Source: Fonticula alba ATCC 38817 (lineage: Eukaryota; Protista; Nucleariida). From it: 8,328 nt of DNA. The stretch is from assembly GCA_000388065.2 (NCBI GenBank), contig KB932204.1. One strand, 5' to 3'. The notes under the pieces were generated by a model, which searched no databases, had not been told where the DNA came from, and saw only the letters and a program-made list of their open reading frames with translations. Shown in pieces: positions 8,191 to 8,328 of the stretch. Position numbers and translations under genes: made by a program. Within the stretch, counting starts at the first letter, position 1; every line of letters starts with the position of its first letter.

Positions 8191-8295
8191 CTGGCCGGGC
8201 ATGAGGGAAAGGATGAAATGCCCGGTGCCCGTTCCAAGCTCAGTCGTCCCCCGGAGAAAGCAAAGGGCCAGGGGGGGGGGGGGGGGGGGACGCAC

Positions 8296-8328
8296 GCATT
8301 TAGCTGTGACATTCTTGCGCAAGGCAGA
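8296..8328 (-). other. GUF1: Displaced GUF1/LepA C-terminal exon fragment (SALRKNVTAKC) followed by a GTGCGT donor and poly-C
   Basis: TCT GCC TTG CGC AAG AAT GTC ACA GCT AAA TGC|GTGCGT matches the LepA C-terminal motif ALRKNV.AKC(YGGD). No YGGD exon follows within the window. Fifteen nt (8290-8304) recur at 7776-7790. Confidence 0.75.

Noticed and set aside
7178-8322. Pro-rich minus-strand ORFs around ADAP exon 1 (7178-8119, 7227-8186, 7381-7785, 7948-8322)
   Set aside because: They are driven by poly-C translation. Only 7873-7801 and 8328-8296 show family motifs, and the segment after the CAG near 7718 lacks ArfGAP or LepA motifs in all three frames.
1-8328. CRISPR array, transposase/retroelement, rRNA or snRNA
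   Set aside because: No regularly spaced repeat-spacer units, terminal inverted repeats, RT/transposase motifs or U1/U2/U5/U6 signature sequences were recognised.

Overview
Eukaryotic, GC-rich, intron-containing draft genomic DNA with three N gaps (4175-4184, 5350-5914, 7791-7800), the first two flanked by poly-G and the third 16 nt from one. The style suggests an opisthokont protist; resemblance to Fonticula-type draft assemblies is only an impression. Two minus-strand genes lie head-to-tail. The first is an ADAP/centaurin-alpha-like ArfGAP with two PH domains (exon 1 at 7873-7801, visible later exons 5315-3650, ArfGAP core probably hidden in a gap). The second is mitochondrial translation factor GUF1/LepA (EF-4), starting at 2816 with at least 8 exons and running off the left edge. 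Between the ADAP exons is a minus-strand elongator tRNA-Met(CAT)-like gene with A/B boxes, an upstream TATA-like element and a T4 terminator. Its acceptor stem is mismatched at exactly positions 1-3, which suggests either a pseudogene or a 5'-editing substrate; this is the most interesting lead. An 11-codon LepA C-terminal exon fragment sits out of place at the right edge, with a partial copy next to the 7791 gap, most likely a homopolymer-bridged mis-join. No prokaryotic features, CRISPR arrays or recognisable transposons were seen.
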